This document shows, piece after piece, positions 1 to 12,800 of a DNA stretch of 60,685 nucleotides. The notes beneath the pieces are model-generated. The model was not told where the DNA came from. It made no database searches and was given only the letters and a program-made list of their open reading frames with translations. Numbering within the stretch: position 1 is the first letter of the stretch; each line of letters starts with the position of its first letter. This stretch comes from an uncultured virus (IMG/VR IMGVR_UViG_3300043568_000902) (taxonomy: Duplodnaviria; Heunggongvirae; Uroviricota; Caudoviricetes), in IMG/VR virus record IMGVR_UViG_3300043568_000902; one strand, given 5' to 3'. Position numbers and translations under genes: made by a program.

Positions 1-3000
1 AGAAAATCTAAGTTCATTGAGTTTGGAAAGCGCTACGATAAAGTAGTTACTTTATTTGAAGATATTGAGGACCCTAACTTTAAAAAAGGCCGTGAAGGTT
101 ATGATAGAAAAGGTAATGAGGCTTCATTAACAGAACTTGCTAATGAAAAAGTTATCTACTTAATTAGAAGTTTACACGGTATTAACCCAGATGGTTCAGA
201 AGTTTTAAATTCATTAGGCTTTAATAGTTTAATGGACTTCCCAATGGCTTGGAATAGATTAGCTAAAACCTTAGATGGTGCTAACTCTGTACAAGAAATG
301 TATAGAAGACTTGATAGCTCAAAAGAAGATTATCCATTTTTCCAAGAGCTTTTGCTTAAGTTAGGTAATCCAGATACACAAATGGATGCTTATTCTCAAA
401 GCATGTGGACATCATTCTTACAAGCATTTGGATTAAGTAGAGTACCGTTAATTGCAATGGTTGTTGACCAAAGCGATATCAAAGAAAAAGATGAGGACGG
501 TAAAGTAAGTGTAGTTGATGTTGAGTTCTCAGCTGTTGTAGGAGGTGCGTCCGTTGCGGATAAAAAAGTAGGTAGAGACTGGAGTGACCACTTTAAAACT
601 ACTACTAGCCGATTTATTAAACAAGACGTAGAGGGTAATAACTATTTAGATGTACCTGAGCTATTAAGTAAATATCCAAATGGTGTTTCAAAAACAGATA
701 GATGGGAGTTCTTTAAAGATATCGGCCTTAACTTTAGTAATAAAGATAAAATTAGACAAGAGTTAAATAGCTTAAGACACAATCCAGCTATTACATTCTT
801 CAATAGAATTATTGATTTATATAATGCATACGAAGAAGGGCGTGTAGAAAAGCCTATTATAATTCGCGATATTAAAGACATTGTAGCTGAAAGAGATTAT
901 AAGAACTTTGATGTAGTATCTTTAGCTACAGATTATAATACATTACAATCTATTGAAGCTAAGCACTCTGATGACTACTCAGACTTCATGGTACTTAACG
1001 CTGCCGGAGACGCGCAGTATGAGTTTATGCTGAATAGCACTCTTACTCAAATGATTAAAGAGTTAAATGATGCTCCTTCTTACAACGAGCTCATTTCTAA
1101 TCCTGAGATGAATCACTTATCAAGTGACCGTAATCCTTGGGCAAGTATTAATCCAAAGAGTAACAGAAAACGCTTAGTTACTTTATATGACATGTTTGAT
1201 ATGGCTGCCCCAGGTGGTCCAAAGAGAGCATTAAATCCTGAGTATGGTTCAACTGAAAAAGTTTCTATTGATATCAATAACATGGCTGGGGTATCATTTA
1301 CCATTAATGGAATTTCCAATACTGGTATTACTGCAGCCGATGCTGATGAGGTAACTAAAAGACTTAGTGACTTCCATGTAAGTACATTATATGGTTTACC
1401 AATGGGTACAACACCTGCGGATAAATCAACAATCTTAATGTATCATCTATCAAATAGAAAATACTACGTTAATCCTAAATATTTTGTAAGCAAGGAGTAT
1501 TCGGATAGAGGTAACTTAGATGCATACCAGATTATGCTAGGATACCTTGAGGGTGAATTAGATCGCATTTATCAAGTAAGCAATCTTGATGCAAACTCAC
1601 CAGAAGCCTTAGTACCCGTAGGTAAAAAGAAATATGGTGAAACAGGTAAAGAGTTTGTAATATTTGCGGACATGCTTTCAAAACCTACAAAGGACGCATT
1701 GATGGCTATTCCTGATGAGTATAAGCAAAACTTACGTGACTACTTAGATACCGAAGAAGGTGCTACACTCAATAGAGATATCTATAGGGATATCATGAAG
1801 AAGTACTTCCCTGCTAAAGTTGCGGAGTTTGATTCTAGACTAAGAGAAGCTGAATATATTGATAATAATATTCATAGGAAGATCCGTGATTTAGCTGGCA
1901 ATAGAAGACTTAGCAAAGCAGATACTAGAGAGGCTGCTGTAAAAGCACACGTAATTAATAGCTTTATTCACAATGTGGAAACTGTGTTATTATACCACGG
2001 CGATCCTGCATTGTATAACATGGTTAAGGAAGACTTCCAAAAGCGTAATGCTGGTATTAATAGTACCGGGACATTCCCAAGAATAGATAGTGCTATGCTT
2101 AACTACATTAACAATGTAGCGTTTGGTAAAGATACTAGAGGTAAAGATAAAGTTCGTTACTCTAATAGTTCTTGGTATACAGGACAACCTGTTAAAAAAG
2201 TATTTACTAATCAAATGCGTTCAGCGGTTCTTCAGGATGTAGACACGCAAAGCTTATACTTGAATATTCTTAAAGAGAAACTTAGAGAGTCATTACTTAC
2301 TAGTCCAGCTTACAAGAACAAGAAATTATCTGCAAGTCAAATAAATGATATTATAGATAAAAAACTTGAGCCTTATACTGAGATGAAAGAAGGTGATGGT
2401 CAAGGTTGGATAACTTTTGATGCTTACAAAGCGCTTTCAATTGAGCTTGACTCATGGTCTGACCAACAAGAAGTTCTTTATAGAAAAATATTAAATAGAG
2501 AATATGTATCACCGTCTGCAATAATCGAGTTCTTCCCGGTTTTGAAAATGCAATATTGGGGACCACTAGCTAACAAAGGTTTGCCTTTAACAGCTTTTCA
2601 TAAATTCTCTATTGCACCTTTAGTACCATCAACTATTGAAAATACAGACTTAGAGGTATTACAAAACAAGCTTGTAGAACAAGGTTTTGAGTATGCATTG
2701 TTTAGTTCAGGATCTAAGGTTTCTACTATTACTCCTGATGGTGTACCAGATAAGTTCTATAAAGATGCATCGGATGCTAAAAATCGTGATCTAGCAATTA
2801 CTGAAGAAGACTATAAGTTTACTCCAAATGATATTTTCTTAAAGTATTTTAAGAAGCAGGTTGAGATTGCACCTACCTATAAGGGTAAAGTTATATTCTC
2901 TACTCAGTTGCGTAAGCTTATTGAAACTGGTTTAATGGAAATGGGTATACCTGTTGATTTTAAACCAGAAGAATCTTATGACCAAAGAAAAGCAAAATGG

Positions 3001-6000
3001 AATAAGGTTAAAGCTAAATGGAATTCATTAAGTGAAAGCCAAAAGCTAAAGACTTCTAATAACTATACAAAGCTTGTAAACTTTGAGAAGAGCTTGGATA
3101 AGTTAATGGAGAAAAAGAAGCAGGATCTTCTTGATGAAATGGGATGGAGCTACGATGATAAAGGTGTACCAACTGGCCCACTAGATAAGCTATTTAATTT
3201 CATTGAGAGACAATTAACTAAACAAGATATTGCGGACCATCAACTTGACTTCTTACAAGTAACAAAGTCTGGTAAACTCAAGCATTCCCTAGATATATCC
3301 TTAGCTGCTGCCCAGATTGAAAAGGTATTAATCTCTATAGTAAATAAAAGATTAATTAAACAGAAGGTATTAGGAGAAGCATTGATTCAAGTATCTGGTG
3401 CTGGTTATACAAACCGTGAATTCTTTAATGAAAACAAAGATGCTCCACTTGAAACACGCCTTAAAGTACTTGGAACTAACGACTTACCTTTTTATACACC
3501 AGGTAAAGCAGCTAAAGTAAAAATTGCGTTGCAAGGTAAATTCTTAAACTTATTAAGATTGCCTGAGGTAAATGCAATGGTGAGAGAAAATTTAGATAAA
3601 GGAGAACCGCTTACACATTTGCAAGCACTTAACAAGCTTATCAAAACTGATGAGTGGTTAAATGAGGGTGATAATAGAGCAATGGTTTCTATGGCTGCAG
3701 TACGTATTCCAGTACAAGGTCTAAACTCTATGGAGGCTTTTGAAGTATATGAGTTCTTACCAGAAGGTGGTAATCAAATTATACTTCCTGCAGAGATTGT
3801 AGCTAAGTCCGGAGGTGACTTTGACATTGATAAGCTTACGTCATTTATGCCTGATATTGAGGTAAATGAAAATGGTGACGTGGTCCTTAAAGATACCCCG
3901 GAAAATGAAGTATTGCGTAACATGACTGATATTATCACAATGCCTGAAAACTTTGTGGATCTTATCACACCTAACGCAACAGATATTCTTTCACCTCTTG
4001 CTAAAGAACTAGCATCAAAAGTTAGACCTTATGATCCATTGCAAAATGTATTTGGTGAAAGAGGTGATAACATTAGCGGAACTAGAATATTTGAGATAGA
4101 ATATAATATATATAAGCACGGATCTAATAATATCGGTAAGAAGACATTGGGTCAAGGTGCCGTAGATAATACTTACAACGTTATCTTTAATACAGTAGGT
4201 GCTTACTTAGAGCCAGAGTACCTAGCTGGTAATAGAACAAAATTTAAGAGACGTCAAGAGATATATCTAAACCACAACACTCTAGATGTAAATGATGAAA
4301 AAGCAATTTCATTATCTAACATCTATGACGCAGATGGTGTAAATAAAATATCTGAAGTTATTTCCCAGCTTATCAATGGTTGGGTGGATATCGCTAGAGA
4401 TCCTTGGATCTTTGATATTCAAGGTAACAACTTTGTTGCGCCGTCATTATTATTAATGATTCAAGCTGGTGTACCAATTGCAGATGCAGTATACTTTGCA
4501 TCACAACCTATTGTTAGAGAGTACATTTCTCAGCAGAAGAAAGCAAGATCAGCATTTGCTAATGCATTGGGTATCAATTTAGATAACCCTAACTTCTATA
4601 GATCTGAAGCTAGAAAAACTATGTTAAAGAATTTTCCTCAAACTGAAGAATTGTTTAGCGTAAATAAAAAAACTGGCGAAGAGTATATAAAACCTGAGTC
4701 AATGTACACAGGCATGACAGAGTTTGCTGAGCCAAAGAGAGATGAAATCTTTAACTTAGAGTACTTTAAAGACAATGTTACTACACCAGTAAGCTATAAT
4801 GAAAATGAGTTAGCACTGTTGTTACACTTTATGGACATTGAAGATATGTCTAAGGTAATTACATCTGTTAAGCGGACAACTAACTTTGATACAGCTACAT
4901 CTTCCAGCCTATTCCAAAATGCTCAAAGATCTGCAAACGCAGAAATTCTTGCATCAGATGGTAGAATGGGTAAAGACATTGTATCTAAAATTCTTAATGA
5001 GTCTTCTATATCGAGTTTTGTAGTTACGGATTTTATGCGTGATGTATACAAAAACTTATTTAGCGTTAGAGACTCAAAGACCATGAACGATTTTATCTTA
5101 GGTAAACTAGCTCGTGGTATCAATAAGGATGTTGAAGATACTTTTGATGATATAGACATGTTTGTGAGCCAGTTTAGAAATGACACTTTAATGTTCATGT
5201 TCCAAAACTATGTTAGAAACCTAGATCTAGATTCAGTTAAAACCTATAAGAGTGCGGTTGTGGATAGCTATGCCATGAGCGTAAGACCTACAATTGAGTC
5301 TCCAATTGGTGTTTTTGTAAAAGAGGGTGTGGTTAAACGTAAAATAAAAGGTGTAAGTAAAGATGTATTACGCCCAGTAGTTTACGTTGATAGAGCAAGA
5401 TTAGCTGAGGAGTATGGAAACTTACAATCAGGTCAAGACTTGTTTACAGAAGACATGCCTATTGCACCAGTTAAAAAGAAAATGTTCCAAAACATCCGTG
5501 AGTATGCACGCTTTGTTATGGAGCGTGAGTACTTGAGATTTGTATTAAAGCCTGAGAATGTTGTAACAGATTCAAAGTTTGTTGAATATGCTAACCAGTT
5601 TGCTGAAGAAGGTGCATATGAAAATGAAAGTGAACAAGACTTTGAAGACCGTGTATCAGTAGATGCTTATGAGCACACACTTAGAGACATGGCTTTTGAA
5701 AATACTTTTAACCATTACTATATGTTTAAGAGTAAGAAGAACTATGCTCAAAGATTAGCCGATATCAAAAAGACTTATCCTGAGTTAGAGGAGGCATTCC
5801 CTGTATTAAAATTCTTGAGCTACGATAAGAGCAAGAAAGGTGAATACATTATCAAGTTTAGAACATCTAAGATTGATGTTGATAGGGTGAATAAGTTCTA
5901 CGAGGATATCACAGACTTGTCTAACGCTAGCACACTTCACGGTATTCTTGCAAATGTTCCATCTAATGAAGTAAATGATATTGCAAAGTTCTTCGAAAAC

Positions 6001-6873
6001 TTACCAATGTATACAATGTTTACTACAGGATTTGCTACTAAAGGTGAGTATGCAATAGCTCAGATAATGCCAAACAAGAGACTTACCGGAGTATTAACTA
6101 ACATGTTAAACTACTTCGATAAGGAAAAGCTAATGACTTGGGATCTATTTAACAACTACTTCAAGAAGTTCGTTAATGTAAACGGCTTTAAGAATAGTGC
6201 TAATAGATATAAAATCAAAAACTATACTTTAGACCAACCTTTGTGGAAAGCGTCTAAGAATAAAAAAGCTGAATTATTTGGAGAGTATGGTAACATATCT
6301 ACAGGAAGAGATAACTTTGGTAAACCCGTTTATTCTTCAACATTTGAAGAATCAAATAAGTTATTAGAAGATATCACCACCCTTTTAAATAATAGAAGCA
6401 ACTATGCCTTTATTTTTAACGGGGCAACTAAAGCTTTGGGTATTCCAAAAAGTGGTTCCGATGGTGTATTAGCTGACCCAAATCTTGGAGCATCTAATGT
6501 ATTTGGTATTGCTGCAGCTAAAACATATCAAAAAGTACCATCTGCCCGCATGACGGATGACACATATGATGACAACGTAGAGGTTATAGAAAAATCTTTA
6601 AATGATCTTGAAGATTACTTGAAGTCTGAAAAGCTTAAACCTTTCTGGAATTCATATGGCTACGGTCAATATATGATTGGTGCAGATCAGTATGGTGAAA
6701 ATATAGATGCAACTAAAGCAAGAGCCCCTAAAACTTTTGTATATTTGTCTAAGAGGCTTTATGAAAAGTTTGGCTATGTTAATCCAAACTACAACATTAC
6801 AAAGGAAGGCCGATCTTTTGTGAAAGTAAGTACTAAAGATGTTATTCAAAAAATTAAAGAGTGTTTAAAATAA
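1..6873 (+). CDS. Virion-associated two-barrel RNA polymerase (crAss-like), 5'-truncated by the window
   Basis: Frame is open from base 1, so the Met at 232 is internal. Contains RIPVQGLNSM and the catalytic KSGGDFDIDKL (DxDxD at 3817-3831) typical of crAss-like virion RNAPs; >2290 aa. Confidence 0.9.
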   Translation, partial: RKSKFIEFGKRYDKVVTLFEDIEDPNFKKGREGYDRKGNEASLTELANEKVIYLIRSLHGINPDGSEVLNSLGFNSLMDFPMAWNRLAKTLDGANSVQEMYRRLDSSKEDYPFFQELLLKLGNPDTQMDAYSQSMWTSFLQAFGLSRVPLIAMVVDQSDIKEKDEDGKVSVVDVEFSAVVGGASVADKKVGRDWSDHFKTTTSRFIKQDVEGNNYLDVPELLSKYPNGVSKTDRWEFFKDIGLNFSNKDKIRQELNSLRHNPAITFFNRIIDLYNAYEEGRVEKPIIIRDIKDIVAERDYKNFDVVSLATDYNTLQSIEAKHSDDYSDFMVLNAAGDAQYEFMLNSTLTQMIKELNDAPSYNELISNPEMNHLSSDRNPWASINPKSNRKRLVTLYDMFDMAAPGGPKRALNPEYGSTEKVSIDINNMAGVSFTINGISNTGITAADADEVTKRLSDFHVSTLYGLPMGTTPADKSTILMYHLSNRKYYVNPKYFVSKEYSDRGNLDAYQIMLGYLEGELDRIYQVSNLDANSPEALVPVGKKKYGETGKEFVIFADMLSKPTKDALMAIPDEYKQNLRDYLDTEEGATLNRDIYRDIMKKYFPAKVAEFDSRLREAEYIDNNIHRKIRDLAGNRRLSKADTREAAVKAHVINSFIHNVETVLLYHGDPALYNMVKEDFQKRNAGINSTGTFPRIDSAMLNYINNVAFGKDTRGKDKVRYSNSSWYTGQPVKKVFTNQMRSAVLQDVDTQSLYLNILKEKLRESLLTSPAYKNKKLSASQINDIIDKKLEPYTEMKEGDGQGWITFDAYKALSIELDSWSDQQEVLYRKILNREYVSPSAIIEFFPVLKMQYWGPLANKGLPLTAFHKFSIAPLVPSTIENTDLEVLQNKLVEQGFEYALFSSGSKVSTITPDGVPDKFYKDASDAKNRDLAITEEDYKFTPNDIFLKYFKKQVEIAPTYKGKVIFSTQLRKLIETGLMEMGIPVDFKPEESYDQRKAKWNKVKAKWNSLSESQKLKTSNNYTKLVNFEKSLDKLMEKKKQDLLDEMGWSYDDKGVPTGPLDKLFNFIERQLTKQDIADHQLDFLQVTKSGKLKHSLDISLAAAQIEKVLISIVNKRLIKQKVLGEALIQVSGAGYTNREFFNENKDAPLETRLKVLGTNDLPFYTPGKAAKVKIALQGKFLNLLRLPEVNAMVRENLDKGEPLTHLQALNKLIKTDEWLNEGDNRAMVSMAAVRIPVQGLNSMEAFEVYEFLPEGGNQIILPAEIVAKSGGDFDIDKLTSFMPDIEVNENGDVVLKDTPENEVLRNMTDIITMPENFVDLITPNATDILSPLAKELASKVRPYDPLQNVFGERGDNISGTRIFEIEYNIYKHGSNNIGKKTLGQGAVDNTYNVIFNTVGAYLEPEYLAGNRTKFKRRQEIYLNHNTLDVNDEKAISLSNIYDADGVNKISEVISQLINGWVDIARDPWIFDIQGNNFVAPSLLLMIQAGVPIADAVYFASQPIVREYISQQKKARSAFANALGINLDNPNFYRSEARKTMLKNFPQTEELFSVNKKTGEEYIKPESMYTGMTEFAEPKRDEIFNLEYFKDNVTTPVSYNENELALLLHFMDIEDMSKVITSVKRTTNFDTATSSSLFQNAQRSANAEILASDGRMGKDIVSKILNESSISSFVVTDFMRDVYKNLFSVRDSKTMNDFILGKLARGINKDVEDTFDDIDMFVSQFRNDTLMFMFQNYVRNLDLDSVKTYKSAVVDSYAMSVRPTIESPIGVFVKEGVVKRKIKGVSKDVLRPVVYVDRARLAEEYGNLQSGQDLFTEDMPIAPVKKKMFQNIREYARFVMEREYLRFVLKPENVVTDSKFVEYANQFAEEGAYENESEQDFEDRVSVDAYEHTLRDMAFENTFNHYYMFKSKKNYAQRLADIKKTYPELEEAFPVLKFLSYDKSKKGEYIIKFRTSKIDVDRVNKFYEDITDLSNASTLHGILANVPSNEVNDIAKFFENLPMYTMFTTGFATKGEYAIAQIMPNKRLTGVLTNMLNYFDKEKLMTWDLFNNYFKKFVNVNGFKNSANRYKIKNYTLDQPLWKASKNKKAELFGEYGNISTGRDNFGKPVYSSTFEESNKLLEDITTLLNNRSNYAFIFNGATKALGIPKSGSDGVLADPNLGASNVFGIAAAKTYQKVPSARMTDDTYDDNVEVIEKSLNDLEDYLKSEKLKPFWNSYGYGQYMIGADQYGENIDATKARAPKTFVYLSKRLYEKFGYVNPNYNITKEGRSFVKVSTKDVIQKIKECLK

Positions 6874-6874
6874 G

Positions 6875-9800
6875 ATGAATATTTGCCCTAATCAAAATAG
6901 CAGAGAGTGGAAAAACCTTGAGAACTCAATAGGTAAAGTACACACCATGACTTATTGGATGTCAACTGGAGGTGAGTTAAAAGACGATCCTATTATGGTA
7001 CTCAATGAATTAGCTGAGTACTATCCAGAGAAAAAAGACGTATATGAGGCACTATCTTATAATTTACGTAGCCGCACTGAAAACCCGGAGACTATAAACT
7101 ACGTGCTTAAAACTGCGGCAACCCTGTTAACCGACAAGGCAGTCGAGGTATTTAAAAAGGGGACCAAAAACAATTGGCCTATAGATAAAATTCTTACTGA
7201 GTTGCAAATATCTAAAGAGCAAAAGCAATTAGTTAAAGACTCAGGTGCTACAGATATTGATGGCATACTAACGTACCTTACTAATAACTACTCATTTGGT
7301 GTAGAACTTAGAACTGCATATACTAATATAGATCCTAGGGGTTTACTTAGTGATGATGAGAATGATGCTATAATGGAGGAGCCTGTACCAACAAATGAAT
7401 ATGGTTACTTGTCGGTACCAGGTGGAATTAACTATCAAGAAGTTAGAGTTGTAGCTCCCAATATACTACCTAAAATAAAGGGTCATGCTGCATTTGCTAA
7501 AGACAATGATATAGGTTGGTTAAGGATAGATGATGAAAATCCTATAGGTACCTTAGAAGGAGAACCGTTAAAAGAAGATTTTGTTTTTAATTCTAATGGA
7601 AATTATATAAAAAAAGGTACTTCTATTAAAGATGGTTACATTAGCATATATGATAAGAATAATAATATTGAATATGAATTATATAATGTAGAATTTGATA
7701 CACACGATTATAACTATGCTAAATCTGATTTTGTAAGCCTCTACGGTAATAAAGCTTATCATAAAATAATAAAAGCATTAGCAAATTTTCAACAAGTAGA
7801 ACCCATAGGAAATAAAATACTTAGAGTTTTAGAACTACAATCAGATTTATTTCAAAAAGGGCGAGATGAAAGAGAGCTTGTAGACTATGAAGATGAAGAA
7901 TATGCTTTTACAAATAGGCAAAATTCAGAGTGGGTTGCTTTACGTGAAATTCAAGATTCAGATCCTTTAATGTATGAAGAAGGGATGGAAGAATTAAAAA
8001 AAGACATGGATGTTTTTTACACTAAGCAACATAGCAAAAATAAATTTTTACAACTTTTAAATAAAGATAATACCTGGATTACTGTTTTTGTTAAAGGTAT
8101 TATACAAGATGCCGCTAAAAAAGGTTATAATAAAATATTATTTCCATTAGGAGATACCGCTGCTAAAGTAGAAGGTCATGATACTTTAGAAAACTTTAAA
8201 AGAACTAAACAAAATCAAATTGATAGGATTAATAGAGAAATTGCAAATTATAAAGCTAATCCATCATATGCTATAGCTGAATGGAATGACAATATGGGTG
8301 TAGGTGAGAATCAAGTTACCTATTTTGCAGATGGTAGATATCTTTATTCTATAATAGATGGTGTTACTGAAGTAGAAGAAACCTTTGATGATCCCCGTTT
8401 TGCAGAAGATGCTGCAATTGTTAAAAATGAAGAGTCGCAAAAAGAAAAAGAAAGTCTAGAAAAAACTCCAGATAGTGTAAAATTAAAAGAAGTTATTGAA
8501 TCACTTGAAAGTGAAAAAGCTGTATATGAACAAGAGCTTGCAAGAGTAGAAGGACCAGAAGGTTTTGGTGCATTAAGACCTATATATAATTTTTATGAAA
8601 ATACAATAGCTAACATTCTTAAAAAGCAAGGTTATAACCCTACTCTTTATACAGATAATCATGGTAATAGCTGGAATGAAGTTAAGCTAAACAACCAAAG
8701 AGATACACAACCTATTCAGTTTAATAGTAGAATGACCCCTAACCAATTCCGTAAATTTTTAAATGAAAAGTACGGGCGTAAGGTGGGTAAGATGCACTTT
8801 ATTGATGGCGACAATAGCAACTATACAAATGTTAGGAATGCTATTGCTATGTATAACAATGAGCGTGGTGGTTTCTACGTAGAACTTTTGCCTACTAAAA
8901 CAAACACAGACTTCTATAAGCAATCGTATTTTATTAAAACATATAAAAACGGTAAGGGTTCTGCTAACCAACCCTCAGGCTTTACTATAGATAACTTTCT
9001 TGACGCAATAAATACAGTAGAAGCAGAAGAGTTTAAGCTAAGAGACTTAAACGCTGAAGCTGTAACTAATCTTCAATCTGGTAATATAAATGTTGGAGAA
9101 CTAGATAGAGCTCAAGCAAGTCAGCTTGTTGCTAAAATAGCTAAATCTATAGGACTAACTAATCAGGATGGTACAGCTGCGTTTAACGTTGTTACTCTTG
9201 AACAAGCTAAACTTATAACAGCTGGTGCCAAGAATGAGTTAGCAAATGCACCTGCGTTTGTCTACAACAATCAAGTGTATATTGTAGAGGGTAACCTTAC
9301 TTCAGAGAATATATTTCACGAGTTTTCACACCCATTTGTAAAAGCTTTACTAGCTTACAACCCTGCTTTATTTGATAACTTATACAACAAAGCATGGAAA
9401 GAGTTTAATGATTCTGCGTATGCTGATGTATTTAGGAAGGAGTATGACTACCTTGTTGAGGGCACGGATTCTTTTAAAGAAGAGGTTATAGTTAAGACTT
9501 TAACTAGATATGCTCAAATGAAATTAGCAAACATTCCTGTAAAGAAATCATTTGCTGATTTTGTTAATAACATCATGTATGGCATCAAGCAAATGCTTAA
9601 GGCATTGATTGGTAAAAAAGTTAATGTATCTGAGTTAAGTCCTACAACTTCATTAGCAGATCTTGCTAACAAGATGCTTACTGAAGAATTTGAAATTGAT
9701 AGCGCTATTGTTGGGCAAAAAGATTTTATTGATGCAAACCGCAGAATAAAACTAGAGCTTGATGAGTACATCGAGGTACTCAATGAGAAGATTGGTGATC

Positions 9801-12800
9801 CAAAAAACAATATATTACTTCAGCGTAATCTAGATAGATTCTTTAATGTTGTTAATACTCAAATACAAAAGCTCTTAAATGAGAAGAAGTATGCCGACTT
9901 AGCGGGATTGCTTGTAGACGAGTTTGATAGTAAGGACTTACAAAATATTAGATCTAATATTAGCAAGTATACAGATACAATTATTACAAAAGCAAAAGAG
10001 GTTATGGATGAAAACCTCCAAAACAAAAATAAAAGTATTGCTTTTGTAAATGGTTTACGCCGCCTAGAATATATCACAAATAAATTGCACAACGCAATTG
10101 AAACTAACATTGAGGATTTATCTAACATAGATAACCTGTACCGCGTTAAGTACTACAATGACTTCATAACGTCTTATGACAACTTCATGAAAGTACTTAG
10201 AAAGGATTTGTTAGCAATGAAGATTCCTACAAATTCTCCTATATTCGGATTGGTAAACACTATCAATGCTAATATTGATGCAGCTAGACTTGCTAGCCAT
10301 GATATTTACGGAGAAGGTCTATTAGATACATTCTGGGATATTGTAAAACCTACAGCAGACAAGATTGATGAACGCCATGAAAAGCGCATGGAGTATCTAA
10401 AGAGTAGAAATGCTCCAGAGAGAGTGCTTAAACTTGAGCAGGCTTCATACGATAGCATTAAATTATCTAAGGAATCATTTAAAAGTATCCTAGATGGTGA
10501 AATGGATGACGCCGGTATGCTTAATACATTACTAGAAGGGTATCTATATAACCAAGATCCTCTAGTAGGTTCGTTTGCTTTATATGTAAAGAAGAACTTT
10601 GTTGAAGTTCAGAATAATATTCAAATGAATAAGACTCGCTTTATGTCTGAAGTTGTTCCAGCTTTAGAGAAAGCAGGTTTTAATGCTTTTAACTTAACGT
10701 TAAACGCAGATAAGCTTTTACACTTAGACTATAAAGGAATTAAAGAAAATGGTGACCTTATTAAAACTCCAGTATGGACTTTATTAAGTCAGTTTAAAGA
10801 TTATAATTGGTGGTTAGCTGAGCAGAAATTTAAGATTGCAAAGCTTAATGATGAGTACTTAAGTGACCAAACTGACGAGAAAAAAGATATTTTAAACAAG
10901 GCTAAAGAAGATTTTGCTAGAGATCTTAAATTATATTTCCATCAGCAGTTTAAACCCGAGTACTATGATCGTGAAGAACTTTTTGAAAGGGATGCGGTTG
11001 GTAGAGAAGCAAAAAGATTACGTGATGAAATCTATGACGAGTTAGGTCAAATAGATGAATCAGTGCGTAATGGCTTTGAAGTTAAAGATGAAACTAAACG
11101 ACGTGAAGATGCATTGCGTAAACTACGTGAGCTTAGTAGTATCACCGATAGATTTGGTAAACTTAAACCTAAGTTTGAAAGGGACATTGCAGAGCGCTTA
11201 AAAGAATATAAAGAGTTAAGCCAAGACTTATTCACATGGCGTGAAAGAAGTGGTGTATTCCTTAATGATATTAAAGATTACGAAGACCAACTTATTCTTG
11301 AAGGCCTTGAAAGAACAGATGAAGAGTTTATTGATAAGCGTGAAAATTTCATTTTGAAAAATACACGTATTGCAATTAAACCTGAGTTCAACATATTTGT
11401 AGGTACTTTATATGAAAGATTAAAGGAGCTTGAAGAAAAGAAAAATGCTGTAAATAAAGATCGTATTGAAGCTTCTTTAAAAGCTAAGCTTGAAAAGAAA
11501 GGTGTATCTGATAATATCATTAGTCAAGTAACTACTGTATCAGATGTTTATAGTATTATTTCAGACTTGAGCTCTATATATAAGGATGAGGATAGACAAA
11601 CTGTGGCAGGCGATATGACCGCTAGTGCAATTGAAACTATTAAATCTTTAGAAGAAGTATTAGATGAAGTAAGATTAGAATCATACACTTATAGAAACTT
11701 AAGTGAAGAAGAGGCTGAATACTTAAGTGATTACTTTATCCGATTAAAAGAATTTGACTTAGGTATTATTGAAACAGAAGCTGAAAAAGGTACTCCTGAG
11801 TATGATGCTGAGATGGAAAAAATCAGCGATGAATTAACTGAAGAGTATAAGTATGTTCAAGAGTTAATTGAAAAGCAAAAGGATAACGGGCTTACTAAAA
11901 AAGAAAACACTGAGTACAATAAAATCTTAGCTGATCTTAAAGCACTTAGAAGTAAGAACCCTACCCAGTACTACCTAGATATATATAACAATTACCTTAC
12001 TACTATAGATACAGGGTTCATTGAAGATGAGCTTGATACAAATATTGTTGATTCCGAGAATGCAGATTCATTCTTAAGAGTAGATATAGTTGATGAAATT
12101 AAATCTCAAAACTCAGAGTTTGCAGAGTGGTTTGATAAAAACCATATACTAACTGAGAAGTATGATAAAGCTGAGGGTGAATATGTAGAGGGTTATAGAA
12201 GATTATCTGTATGGGAATATACGTTACCAAATGACCCAGAGTACTATGAGACTACGGAGATACCTTCTGCAGATGGCTCAGAAATAGTCACCATTATTGG
12301 TCAACCATCTCTTAAGTACTTTATGCGTGAGGTTAGACCAGAGTTTAAAACAACTAAAGTATTTGCGGGTGAGGTAGATGAAAACGGAAGACGCTTAACA
12401 CCAAACGTGGATAATAAAGGACACTGGTTACCAAAAACTGTAGCTCAAGGAGCTCCGGCAAATAGCCCATTCCTTAACCCAGAGTATGAGCGCTTGCGTA
12501 AAGATGACCCTAATGCATTTGAGGCACTAAATGTTTTAACAGATTACTACCTATCTATACAAGAGGGGGTTGAAGATGGTGTTAAATTATATCTTGAGAT
12601 TCCTCGCTTTACACCAGATAGTAAAGAAAACCTTGCTACTGTTGCAGCATCTGAAGATAGAAAAAATCTATTTAAAAGATGGTGGTATAACACAAAAGGT
12701 TTCTTTGTAAGAACTGCAGAGTCTGCGCAAGAAGATGGCTTAAACTGGCAAAACACTGAAGCAATACCAGATGAACTAGAATTCTTTGTAGATAAATCTA

